From Atractiella rhizophila (taxonomy: Eukaryota): a DNA stretch of 64,000 bases. Positions 12,152 to 24,222 of the stretch are shown in pieces. The notes beneath the pieces are model-generated. The model was not told the DNA's origin. It ran no database searches and worked only from the letters and a program-made list of their open reading frames with translations. The position numbers and the translations under genes are program-made. Every line of letters begins with the position of its first letter. The first letter of the stretch is position 1. The DNA is taken from NCBI GenBank assembly GCA_021432655.1, contig MU271434.1:1-64000 (forward strand), read 5' to 3'.

Positions 12152-13414
12152 ATGAGCGATTCTGCTGTGCGAGAAGGAGTTGACAGCTCCTTGCAAATTA
12201 CAGTGTCTCCGTATGAAAGCGCTCTTTCAGCACCCTTAGCGTTGATATTTTCCTTCGTGGACTGGCTTCGAGGAGCCCGCTTAGCATATAGTGGTGGTCA
12301 AGATGCTTATTATCTTTTCCCAAAGAAGAGCTCCGGACGTGATGGGGTCCTTCTTGATCTCCCTAACCAACCGGACGTTTCTTCTGCTTTAAGTTTTGGA
12401 AATCTCGTTCATACGCTACTCTTGAGGATTTTATCCACTCTTGGTATTGTTGAACACGCGCCAGCAGAGGTATGCACATTTGCATCGCATGTGAATTGAG
12501 CTCAATAAGACGAACAGGTTCACACGCCTACGACTCCGCCTTCCCGCGACGAGGTAATGAAGATCCTGGAGACCGCGCCACAGTATTCTCAACGAGTCAC
12601 GCCGATATCCCAATCTTTTTGTGTGAAGATGTCAGGACTTGATTTCGAGAATGAGCGTGCCGCTTTGGAGCTCATTGCAACCAAGACAACCATTCCGGTG
12701 CCTAAAACCTACGCCACATTTTACGAACCCTTTCCTGGTCTCTCATTCGGAATCCATATACTTCTCATGGAATTCATACCCAGCAGGACGTTGGAAGATG
12801 CCTGGGAGACTCTTAGCTGGTTTTCTCGTCTACGTGTCTGGTTCACGCTTCGAAGCTATGTACGACAACTTCGACAAATTCGCCGCGACCTGCCTGGTCC
12901 TTTGGTACCGTGTAACGAATGGATCACATCCTTTTGGTCTGGGATTGAGGGTTTCAAAGGATGCGATTATCGCGAACTAATTCGGTGGCTAAACCAGCGC
13001 ATTACTGACAGTAAGCGGGGCTCTACGGTTGGGCAAATACCATATTCACCAAAAAAGTTTCCACTGGTATTCACGCACGGAGATCTCAACTGGAGAAATG
13101 TCTTGCTCACTCCAGATGGCACCATATTTTTGATCGATTGGCAAACAGCAGGGTTTTACCCATCATTTTGGGAATATGCTGGTATGGCTCGGTACCACAA
13201 CCGCAAAACGCCAAAGATCTGGCACACTTGCTCTTCCTTGATAACCGGTTACTATCCAAGGCAGAGTGACCAGCTTGTAACTGTCGATGGAGAGGTCCAG
13301 TTCTCAGCTGGCCTTACCGGTCCTACATGTTGGTTCTTCGACTCTCTGTTTCCCTGTCTTGCTGATCGAGACCTACAGACAGTGTACAAAATATGTAATT
13401 TCTTACCGGTGTAA
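12152..13414 (+). CDS. Aminoglycoside-phosphotransferase-like (APH) kinase-fold protein
   Basis: TTIPVPKTY, LLMEFIP, FTHGDLNWRNVLL, IDWQTAGFYPSFWEY; intron 12470-12518; start uncertain. Confidence 0.85.
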
Positions 13415-14325
13415 TTTCAACATGAGGATAGGGTCTACTCGTCAGCCTCTTCGTGCCGCCTTTCGCAGTAATCAACCTGCGCTTGAGTCGTTTATCTCTC
13501 CTTTCCGCTCCCTCTCTTTTCTCCCTTGTGCTCAGCTTGTCTTCTGGACGTCCGTTGCAATACCCCATCTTCCCAGTTTACCCACGGTGGAGATGAAATC
13601 ATGCGCTGAAAGCGTGTGTATCCTCAAAGTATGTCCTAAGATTATTGGGGAAGGTGCCACGTCTTGCATCCTTTGGTTTGGAGAACTCGAAGCAGTCGAA
13701 ATCTTTCTCTCCCCAAATCAAGTCAGCCAGAAGCTCACAAAGTAAAGCAGGTTTTTCGAGGAGAGTGGTCCCAGCTCTCGCCCCTCAAGAACAAAACCGT
13801 TTGAGGCCGTCTGGGAAATGTATTGCCCTCAGGCTCTCAAAACCCAACGCATGGAGTACGTCGTGCTTTATCAGGAATCTTCTTCCATTTTTTGTAGACC
13901 AGTCGGCGGTTGAGGGTAGGATGCATGCATACGAAGATGAATTATACATTAGTATGCTTCGTCCCAAGCTCAGCCACTAATTGTTGTTTTCAAGCAGAAG
14001 CAAACATGATGCTGAGGTGAACTAAGTAATCAGTTAATGTTTGTGATTGTCTACTACCCAGCGAAGGGACAGGAGCAGGAATAAAAAGCTTTACTTCCAC
14101 TGCATTGGAACTGCTTTAACGACAGTGGCAGGGTCTCATGCTGCAATTGTCGTTGACTTGAAACATACTAGTTGTGAAGCTGTTGTTGAGGTTCCATCAT
14201 ATAAGCCGTGAATGCAAATGAAAACAGGCACGATTGATCGATATTGATACTCTTACTCAAAGTACTGCTGTCGTTTCCTTAGTCACGTGTCACACTGCAT
14301 TCTCCCTTGAAAGAACTTGCCAACA

Positions 14326-15817
14326 ATGGCTCAAACAGGGAGCGGTCTTACACCTTTAGGAATCCCCTTCTTCACAACTGGAACTAGCGATTCCAGCACC
14401 CTTTTGTCACTTCTACATCAATCCCAGAGCTTGTTGGAAGATTCACTTCCAAAACCGACGCAACTTCATCCGCTGCACCCTCCACCTAACCTCACACATC
14501 TCCTACTCTCTCTCCAGCTTATTCATTCTACGCTCTCGTCTTACAGCCCCCCATCGGATTCTTCTATCGCGCTCTTGAAGGAACAAGCGGCGATTACCCT
14601 TCGATCGGAGAGCGTAAAACGCGCACTCAGTTTTCGTAGCGAGCTGTCCAATCGCCAGCCTGTGTATCTGGATGATGACGAGGAAATCGAAGGGGTAGAG
14701 GGCATTGTAGATGCCGCGCGAAGAGCTGGGATGGAGCACTTTCGAGACGGTTCCAAACTTACCCTTGCTGGTAAATACGTCGTCGTGGATGTTGAGGTGT
14801 CGACAACGCCAGTGACGAGCCTTTCATTCTCTTATTCGATTCCAGGAGTGAATGAGAACGGGACAGATGAGGCTATCTCGTCTACACTCCTAGAGGCGAT
14901 TCAACTTTCAAATAAGGCACTGGCTGTTGCGCTCGCCAACTTGGTCAAGGTGGAACAGACTATCACGGCCGAGCTGCACGATCCCTTTGCACGGCTAAGC
15001 TCTCTCCGCTCTGCTCTATCCCCTTCTCTCTCGTCGAAATCACCCATCGGTCTCACCCTCCCCTACTTCACGGCACCCATTCCCGCCGATCAAGAATACA
15101 CGATTACCGTCGAATCATCGATAGATTCCTACAGCGCCTTCCTAGAGCCTTCAATCGCAATTGGTGACGGGACCGGTCGGAAGCTATGTTCCTTGTTAGG
15201 AATTGGGAGTGAAGGAGGTATGCTGGTTGATGGGCAGCGCGTTGTGTCGACTGCTCCAAGGATCGAGGATCTGCTCGGCTTCTCAGCATCAAAAACATTG
15301 GAACAAGTGTGCACTCCTCCTGCTCTCCTGCTCTGCCTTGGTTAACGGAGTCGTGGTGGGTGCCCAGCACTTTCCAGACGTTCCAACCCTGAAATATACG
15401 ATCGTCAGTCCACCGGCCAGCGAAAAGGCTTTCATTCTCTCTCGGTTTCCATTCTCCACATCTGAACAGCTCGAAAGCGCAATCAAGATTCTGCAGCTTC
15501 AATTGCGTGTCAATCATCTCCTACAGTCTCTATCCCTCCCAACGCCGTACGAGCGGACGAATGCCGACCGACAAAAGGTGATTGTTGAGACCTTCCCGTC
15601 TCAGAACGGCCTCGCATTTTTACTCTCGGATCCACAAGCGCTCATTACTATCTCTATGTTTGAAGAAGACGGAGATGATGACTGCAAAGTGGCTGTGGAA
15701 GGAGAGATTGTTGAGTTGCGAGATGGACTGGAAAAGGTGTTGAGAGAGACAAGGAATGTAGGAGTAGGTATTTGGTGGATTTTGAAGAGATGGAACGAGA
15801 GTAAAATACAGGCATGA
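14326..15817 (+). CDS. MED1: Probable Mediator subunit Med1
   Basis: GMEHF..LTLAGKYVVVDVEV resembles the fungal Med1 N-terminal domain; two exons. Confidence 0.55.
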
Positions 15818-15974
15818 TCAGAATGGATTTTATTCATTTCAGCCTAATACACTTAGCAGAAATTGTTTTTGTGGGAGAGAGCATTCACGCCGTCACGTGA
15901 TTGATTGGCAACTTCCGCCCACTCCACTCAAAAAAATCATCTACCGTGAGCTTCTGTGTTGGAGCTCTAGTGTC

Positions 15975-16253
15975 ATGGCGCAAGGTTTCAACAGCAAGAA
16001 AGCGCCGAGCGCACCGTCAACGAAGAAGATGCACCCATCAAACCGAAACAGCTCCAAAACATCCAAGGGAGCCCGAGTTGCAGCACCGAAAAAATCAGCT
16101 GCGATTCTGGAGAAAAACAGGAAGACTAAGATCTCATCCAGTGTGAATGGGAATATCGAGAAACTTATGGCGGAGAAAGCTGGAAGTGGAGGTGCTGGTG
16201 CGAAGTTGAGAATAGTGAAGGCAGAAGGGAAGAAAGAGGAGCAGAAAAAGTGA
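15975..16253 (+). CDS. Small basic DUF2462/UPF0390 protein
   Basis: MAQG...KGARVAAPKK...IEKLMAEKA..KLRIVK pattern. Confidence 0.8.
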   Translation: MAQGFNSKKAPSAPSTKKMHPSNRNSSKTSKGARVAAPKKSAAILEKNRKTKISSSVNGNIEKLMAEKAGSGGAGAKLRIVKAEGKKEEQKK

Positions 16254-16989
16254 GGTTGTTTTTGGGAGGTGCGTATCTTTTTCCTTCTGCAAGCGGGAGG
16301 TTTGATGAAATTCTGGTTAAGTCAGAATTTTCAGAATTTGCTTGACATGGTAGTCGTAGCATCCTCACGCCGAGCCAGAGGTAGTAGCTCGTTAAACATG
16401 CCTCTAGATATTTGTAATAAAAGAACAATAGAATACGCTCACTTTAGAGATGTTATCTCCCTGTTATCGTAGTGACGAGTGACATTGTCCCACCTACTTC
16501 TGCCACCGAGATTTATCTGCTCGCTCTTTTGCAATTCTACAAAGAGCGTGCTAAACTACCTCGGAATATTGAATCATAAAGTTTTTCCTGCAGATCTCAT
16601 TGGAAATTTCATATGAAGAGCGAGTTTTGATGGAAAAGCAAATTTTCTACCTTATCATGTCCGGAAGTAATGCTTCATCTTATGCAATTAAGTATTCCAT
16701 TGCAAACTAGATTCATAGTCGATGAGTCGCTTATCCTAAAAGAAAAGATACAGATCTTTCGTTCATGGTATCGCGGTGTTTCATCCTCCTCTAGTTTCAA
16801 TATCCATTGAGTTATACTCGATATCCCTTGTTTATTCATCCTGTTCAATCCCCGGATCTTCTAACGCCAGAATTCAAATACGTTTAAAAAAAGTAATAAA
16901 ATAATGCACGATATGAAGTGTTGGTTGATACTTGAACTTGGGCCGTCGGAAGTGAGAAATGATGAGACAACATGTACATGTTTGCGATC

Positions 16990-17500
16990 CATGCACTTCT
17001 GTAAGCTGGCTTTCACATCCTGAGCAAGCTCACGTATGTGCCTTTTGTGCATACCGAACTAGCTCCTTCCAAACCCATTCCGGACCCTAGGATGAGTCCT
17101 CTTTACAAGGACGTCAGTACTCCGTGGCTCGCACTGTGTATTGTTTAGCTTTGTGACGCTGCACGTGGGAAAGAATACGCACCAGTTTCCCCTCCACCTA
17201 GAACAGAAGCTGCAAAAGCAATTTAATAGGCATTCGAGGACTAGTTGTGAGAAACGCATGTATAACAACTTTGAATTTCCTGCTGCCAACCATTACTCTG
17301 TACATAGCCATAGCCATGTTGCCCCGATACCCCCTCCCCCCCCCGCCAGTTGTTTACCGCTCAGGTCATCCGAGACAAATCTGCCACGTTCAAATAGCAA
17401 TATCTGAAGATCAGGTCGGTTTTGCGCAATTGTAGAAGTGAGCAGTGTGACGGACCGCTCCGCCCTACATCAGCTCTGTAGAAGTATACTCTGCCTAGCG
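16990..17500 (-). pseudogene. Possible relic of a GMC/long-chain alcohol oxidase gene
   Basis: Broken frames give ILLFERGRF, (Y)QSNG and ASVLGGGET in the expected order; stops and a poly-G run disrupt it. Confidence 0.25.
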
Positions 17501-18144
17501 ACAATAACGAAGAATGTTTTTCGCACCCGTCACACATGGACGCGACCCAGAAAAGATTGTGCGATCAAAAACATAGAGTCGATCCATGTCTCCCAGATCG
17601 CACCATCATTCAAAAAGCTACTAGTAACGTCATCACTTGATCTTCATTTCCAGGAAAAGATGGCACTGGGCCGTGTTCCAGTTCTTCATGGTTGCCATCT
17701 TTGTCAAGTAGAAAGGCAGCCGTCGATGATTGGCGTGCTAGCCGCGAAGCAACTTTGTAAATAGAATCTCTGTAAAGGTTGGCATCTCAGAGAATCTCGT
17801 CTCTGACCGTCCAGTTCATAGCTATTTCGATTGGGTATCTCCCAGGGCAATGCTAATGCTTTGTGGCAAACCTCCCCTGGTCGAAATAATAACCTTCGAC
17901 ATAGTGCGCATACACCGAATAATTCAACTTTACAAGAACGAAAAGAATTTCATGAATTGAAAGGTCTACCACTCTGACACATTGGACTAATCCTACTACT
18001 GCTACTCCTTCACTATGGGTATCATTACGCAAAATGAAAATGCTATAAGTTGCTCTCTGGAGCTGAAGGCAATGAACCGTCAACCTCTGTAGAACAGGGA
18101 CGAACGAGTATGCTTACCGCATAATTCTAATGTGAAATATTGGT

Positions 18145-19760
18145 TTAATTCCCGTCCATGCCAACCCTATCCGTCTCTTGAAGGCATCTCATCGTCCCTC
18201 CATCCTCCTCCCACTCCACCTTCTGTTTCCCTCCTGTTCCTTCTAGCAGCCCGTTCCAAACATACTTCGCAAGCCTCTTATGCGCTTCGAGGGAGGGATG
18301 AAAGCAATCGACGTTGCTGAGTGATTCAACTGGTACCAGATATTCACATCAACGTTGTTTTTCAGTGAAAGGAAGAGAGATATCGCACTCGGAAATGACA
18401 CCCAGTCGAATTCTAATGGGTGATAAAGTACCGTAAAGTTGTCATACTTTGCCTGCTTGTACTCGAAAGCGATCCGAATTAGCGCCTCGTTCATTTCTTC
18501 AGCCAGAAGATCCATCATTCTTCTCGACAGGTCGCCACCGGGACCAGGGAGGAGAGCGCAAGAACACTCAAATTCGAAATGGGGGAGGATGGGGAGAAGT
18601 TGCTTGCTGTCGTTCAGCATCAATCTAACAATGCCAAAATCAAAAGGTAAAGAGTAGAACGAACCAGTAGCTTTGATGTTTCGTGAGCTCATGGACCCGG
18701 CTCACCCGAAATACACCTAAGAGATTAACGACAGTATTCCCAAGGTTCATCCTGAGACTTTCGAGTGCCGCTCGAACGCTAGACTCATAAGTGTTCCGCA
18801 TCCACCTCGCTCGTAGGTAGTATGGGACTAAGCGAGAGAGCAGTGCTTGATGGCACAAACTGCATTGGTCGTTGGAGCCAATCTGAAGATTCACATATTT
18901 AAACGATGTGGTGGTCACATTATATGACGCTAGGGTGGGGAGGAGGTAGCTATCGATTTCTTGCGCGAGATTGATAGCCATGGCTCCTGACTAAAAATGC
19001 TCAGACCCAGTGGCACATGAATGAGACCATCGCTCACTAATGCTGAATTCAGCCTGTCATGCTTGGGAGAGGTGTAAGGAATCGCCCCTGGGGAACAGAT
19101 CGACCCTACAGGGCGGCAGGCTGAGCCTGCCTCGACTGATGGAATATCCCAATCACGAACCTGAACAGACCTGCAAGCCAGTATTTCCAATGGAAAACCC
19201 TTTTAGGTCTGGATTATAATACCTCAGTATCTGATCATCTACATATTAGCGCTGACAAAGGAGAATAAAGCTACGCACATTGGCAACTGTCCAATTTCCC
19301 TCCCCCGCAGTTCCATCCCCACCTAAACAATATGAGACTCCGCGGTTCTCTTGAAACGTATACAGAGGGTGGATGATTGGCCAAGGTGTCCCATAGGTAT
19401 TAGACGAATTGATCCCTAACTCATTATTCAGCTCCGTCCATGACAATGGTCAACCCATTGCACCTTTCGCCAGGGCGCCTGAGTTGAAACTCTGTCAGTA
19501 TCGATGCATTCTGCGACGGAGTAAGACGAACCAGCAGTTATACTATCACCTAATCCAATAACCCATTCAAATTCATCAGCCCTAACATCTTGTACACTTC
19601 TCGAGCGCGCGGAAGGACGGCGTGCTGGACGCGGACAGGACGTGATGTTGTGGACGTATTGAGTTGGAACTTTCTGTAAGAATGGACTTTGCGACTTCTC
19701 GGAGAACACATCTCGAGGAAATAGAGTTAGGAGAAGTATGAAAAGTTCATGGGATAGCAT
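18145..19760 (-). CDS. Secreted phospholipase-B-like SGNH/GDSL lipase
   Basis: Signal peptide, GLGDSITAG, QIGSNDQC, ECSC, DCFHPS (catalytic DxxH); several introns. Confidence 0.92.
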
Positions 19761-19821
19761 GTTTCTACCCGTAGGCGACTATGCAAAGGCTTGTCGACTT
19801 TATAGGGAGTGGTCACGCGTA

Positions 19822-19828
19822 TCACGTG
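19822..19828. promoter_or_regulatory. TCACGTG E-box in the divergent lipase/U1-C promoter
   Basis: Same 7-mer also at 14283, 15893, 47522 and 49777, each shortly upstream of a start codon. Confidence 0.5.
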
Positions 19829-19932
19829 TCCTGGACATCCTGATCAACCGCATCAGCTGTCATCAAAGTGGCAAACAACGAATTGGACAATTTGGGCAAG
19901 TCTGGGAAATCGTTATTGGGAGGTCTTGCAGC

Positions 19933-20773
19933 ATGAGGAAGTGTGAGTGCTGTTTTACTGTTAGTTATAATGAATGCTGAATGTATGGGACAGCAAAATG
20001 TCAGCTTTGTCCTACTGAGCCGTTGGAGTGGAACTGAAGTATTAGAGCAGACTACTGTGATTATTGCGACGTGTTCTTGACGCACGATTCAGCTTCAGGT
20101 GTGCTTTTCTCTCTGACTTGGGGGTCTGCTCGATGCCAATTGCCTTTTCTTTCGAAGTGCGGAAAGCGCACAATTCAGGGAGGAATCATCTCACCAACAT
20201 TAGAGACTACTATGCTTGTTCGTCCATCTCCACTCTCTCGCTCATCAAAGGTTGTCGGCTCATCGAGTATGCGAACAGCATTGGGGCACGATCAGGCACA
20301 GGACATAATCGACGCCATCACTAAGGCGTACGAGACAGGTGCTCCGCGTGGCCCTCTTCCACCACAACCTGGCCTCTTTGCACCCCCTCCACCAGGTTTA
20401 GGACCGCCTAGTAGCGGCCCTATGATTGCAGGTGGACCAGTCATGTCTTTTGGCCCACCTCCTGGATTTGGTCCTCCACCAGGCTTTGGTTCGTATCCTC
20501 TCTATTCTAACATTGGCTAACCAGTCGAAACTAGCCCCTCCCCCAATGCCTGGCCCGTCGGGTCTCGCATCCCTGCCTCCGCGTCCCAACTTCCTTCCTC
20601 CTCCTTCCATCTCCTCTGGTCCACAGCTCAACGATCCGTCCATGGGTGCAGTCCCTATGCGCCCTGGTATGCCACCCATGGACAATGGACCGCCAGCAGC
20701 ACCACAGCACGGTGGCAGTTCTACGACCGCGCATATGAATCCAGAGAGGGCGAGAGCACTTGGATTGCTGTAA
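19933..20773 (+). CDS. YHC1: U1 snRNP protein C
   Basis: Spliced [30 protein letters not shown] zinc finger, Pro-rich tail, HMNPERARALG. Confidence 0.95.
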
Positions 20774-21275
20774 TTATGTGGGCGAGAATGGCAATGCATG
20801 GTGTCTGTGTGCGTCTCCTTGGAGTGGGTAGTCCAGATATGTACTTTGCTTCAAATTTTTATCCTAATATTCTCTCATCTGTGCCCTTGGCAATGATCCG
20901 TACAAGAATCGAGCAGTCTCTTGCTTAATTTCGCCATTTTCCTGTCACGGCTGTTATCTATACTGCCTATACTATTCTCTACAAGTGAGGCTTGTTGCTT
21001 TCCGCGTTCTTGCTAAGGATAGACCAGGGTAGACAAAGAAGCAAGGCCGCCCCTTGTGCCTTAGTCATAAAGTCAAACACTAAACTCAAGAAGACTGATT
21101 ACGCTTTGACACATTGCTGTTGCCTTCCGCTTCCCTCCAAAGCGAAGCAAAGAGAAGGAACATATGGGATGGAACAACACGATCGATTTGTAGTTTCTCC
21201 TGGCTTGCATAGCGACGTCACGAAGACTTCGAGACATCTCCTACTTCACTAGTTCACCACCTGAGCAGAGCAACC

Positions 21276-24050
21276 ATGTCAACTTATGCTCCCCCCGCTC
21301 CACGCCGAGCAGGCAAGAAACTGCCAGCTCGAGCGCCAACACCAATCCTAGTCGACTCTTCAGACCTGCCAAGCAGCGAGGATGACGAAAGCGATGGAAG
21401 TGACGAGGAGGAAACGGAGGTCAAGGAGAAAGAATGGGCCGTGGGTAAATCTCTCCTAAATTTCTACACATTGTCATTCAGAACAGGACAGAGAAAATCC
21501 TGGCATACACCGACTTCGAGATACCGAAAAGGCAAATTGATGAATGGGACGAGCGTGCGAAGCTGCCTATGTCGAGAGAAGAACGCGAAGGCTGGGAACA
21601 AGACAAGCAACTAACGCAAGGTTGGACCCGATTCTACTATGTCAAATGGAGTGGCTATTCTACATCTGAGAATACATGGTCAGAGTCTCTTTTCTACGAC
21701 CGGACTTGAAATCTGCTTACCTCCCTTCTTGAACACGGTTTAGGGAAGTAGAAGAAAATGTGCATGACTGTGACCTGTATATGGATTTTCTGGGAGAGAT
21801 TGAAGCTGGCAATGCCCTAAGATTTATGCCATTCATAGATCCCAAGTTCGATTTCACGATTGACATGGAGAACACGGAACATAGGCTGTTGACATGGCCA
21901 TTGAGCTATTGGATCCAAAATAGGGAGATGTTGGTTCGCACCTCCTTTTTGGTACTGATTATCTGACTTCTATCAGCGGCCTATTGGAGATCAACTCGAA
22001 TGAATTTATGGTGAGACATTGGTGGAGATGGGTTCGACGAGGTAAGTACTGCTCGTTTCGATATAATGTTCACTTCAAGAGGTACGCAGGCTACGTAGAT
22101 TTATCGCCTGATACAATGGCCATTCTTGAACCATCAAAGTCTCAAGATGAGCAGACAGCAAAGCTAGTCAAGAAACGTAGGTGGGCGCCAGTTCAGCGAG
22201 CGAAAGGACAACCAGCCTGCACGCGTTGCCGCCGGTACGTGCCTTCGGTGAGCAGATGGTCGTGTACTTAGGTCAATGTCGTGCTGCAGCATGAAAGTGC
22301 GGTGTATAGGTGCTGATACTCCTGGCAAGGCTTGCGGTATGCAATTTTTACTTGGTGGGTACTGGTTCACTAACACCCTCGGCAGAGCGTTGTGCAAAAA
22401 AACCAGAGATCGAACATGAGTGTTCACACTATACAGATGACGCTTTTGTGGAAGACCTTGTCCATTCCCTGCAACAAGGGGAACAAACCCTTTCGCAGAA
22501 TCGTTTAGAATGCGAGAGCCAAGTGGATATTCCGGTAGCACCTGATCTCTCCTTCCCACTGCCATCACCTTCACCTTCCGCCACAGAAAACATTCATCGG
22601 GACATGGCAAGTTTGGACATGGATGTGCCTGAGCTCAACTTCGACAGTTCATCAACCCTCCCTTGGCCCAGACCCGCGAGTCTCGAACCGTCCATGGCCA
22701 CTGATATGTGGGGGAATGAATGGGATGTTGGTTTATCAGTCGCAGGTTTCGGACTCGATAACACCATGGACCAATATCGAATAGGTGACGCCGATCCGCG
22801 TTTTGGCATTGATATTCCAAGCGGAAGGTCACGAGGAGAGCTCAATTTACAGCCATCGAACTCCTCACTATTAGCGGACAACTTCCTGGATCCGAGGCTG
22901 TTCTCCAACACCGACGCGCCAACGGATAAGATCACACAACCCAAGGATGAAAGGACAGATGGTCTTCCCGGTAGACTCCACTCTTTGTCGCTCCAACCTT
23001 CAATTTCTTCTCCGCTCCACCAACAAGACCGTGTGGACTCTGAGCCAGCAGATGAATTCTACACTCCAGCTCCTGTGTCTGAGGATCAAAATCCAGATTC
23101 TGAGGAAGAGTTCGTGACGCCAAGGGCATCTCCCATACTCGAAGACAGCGGCGTTCTTCATCCATCCACCCCTTCCCACGCTTCACCCACGTCGACAAGA
23201 AGCACATCTCAGACTCCTGGCATCTCTCCAATTATGTACCGCAGAGCGCTCACACCAACTGTGATTAATAATCACGCACCGACCAAGGGTTGGTCAATGA
23301 TCTTACATCTGTCCTCCAATCTGATTCATCGACACAGATATTCGCTTATTTATGACTTGGAACGCTGCTGCAAGCGATTTAAACGCTTTCCGAGAACTCC
23401 AAAAGATTGTGGAGAGTGACGACTCGATCCAGTTTCTTCTGCATCCAGTAACCGCAGCCATTGCACGACTCTGTTTCAACCCTACTTTCTCCAATGTAGC
23501 CCCGTAATTCTGCCTTCAAGTGATAAGGTCTATGCTGACATGTGTTATCAGGGAACCTAGGATCAAGGAGCTGCACAAGGAACTGAACTACTGGTGGTTA
23601 ACAGAAGAAGCAACACGAGTGCCTGTCGAAGCTCTTTCTGCCGCGGAATGGTCGATATTTTACAACGGCGGTCAATCACCATCGAGGAACTCAGGCGCGA
23701 CCATCTTGCGTTTTTTACCGGAGAATTGCGACCTTCCAGTGGGGTTGCGGCTGCCTCACTGTACAGATTACAACGAAGCCTACGATCATGCTGTGAGGTT
23801 GGAAATGACACATATCATCGGGGATTTGAAGTCGATACAGGACGTCCTTGGGCGAGAGGCTTCGAATTACAAGTTCGTCGTGGTGGTCGCCAGGCGGAAG
23901 ATGGCAGTGGATCTGAAGAGAAAGTTCAAGGTAATGAATCAAGCCTCCTCTACATGTTGGCCTTACTGTTGATTTTGTTAGCTGGAAGCTTACACACTAT
24001 CGAACGTTCTTCAAGACCTGAGAGAGACAAATCGACGTCTGCCAAAATAG
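21276..24050 (+). CDS. Chromodomain + Zn(II)2Cys6 protein
   Basis: Chromo: WAVEKIL...YYVKWSGYSTSENTWEVEENV. Zinc cluster across two introns: ACTRCRRMKVRCIGADTPGKACERCAKKPEIEHEC. One joining intron (~21930-21976) needs a GTTGGT donor. Confidence 0.75.
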
Positions 24051-24222
24051 CCTTTGGTACATGTCTACAATGAGTAACTTAGGCTCTTGCAGAAAAATGT
24101 CAATCCATTGGGAATTCATGGGATTCTGAAAGGGTATTATTGTCCATGAGCATCGGAATAGTCAAACGCAGGCGTACAAACACTCTGGTAAAGGAAAACA
24201 AAGCGAGTTCGGACTCAAAGTG

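Noticed and set aside
12557..13414. Horizontally acquired antibiotic-resistance APH
   Set aside because: It has an intron and belongs to a family widespread in fungi.
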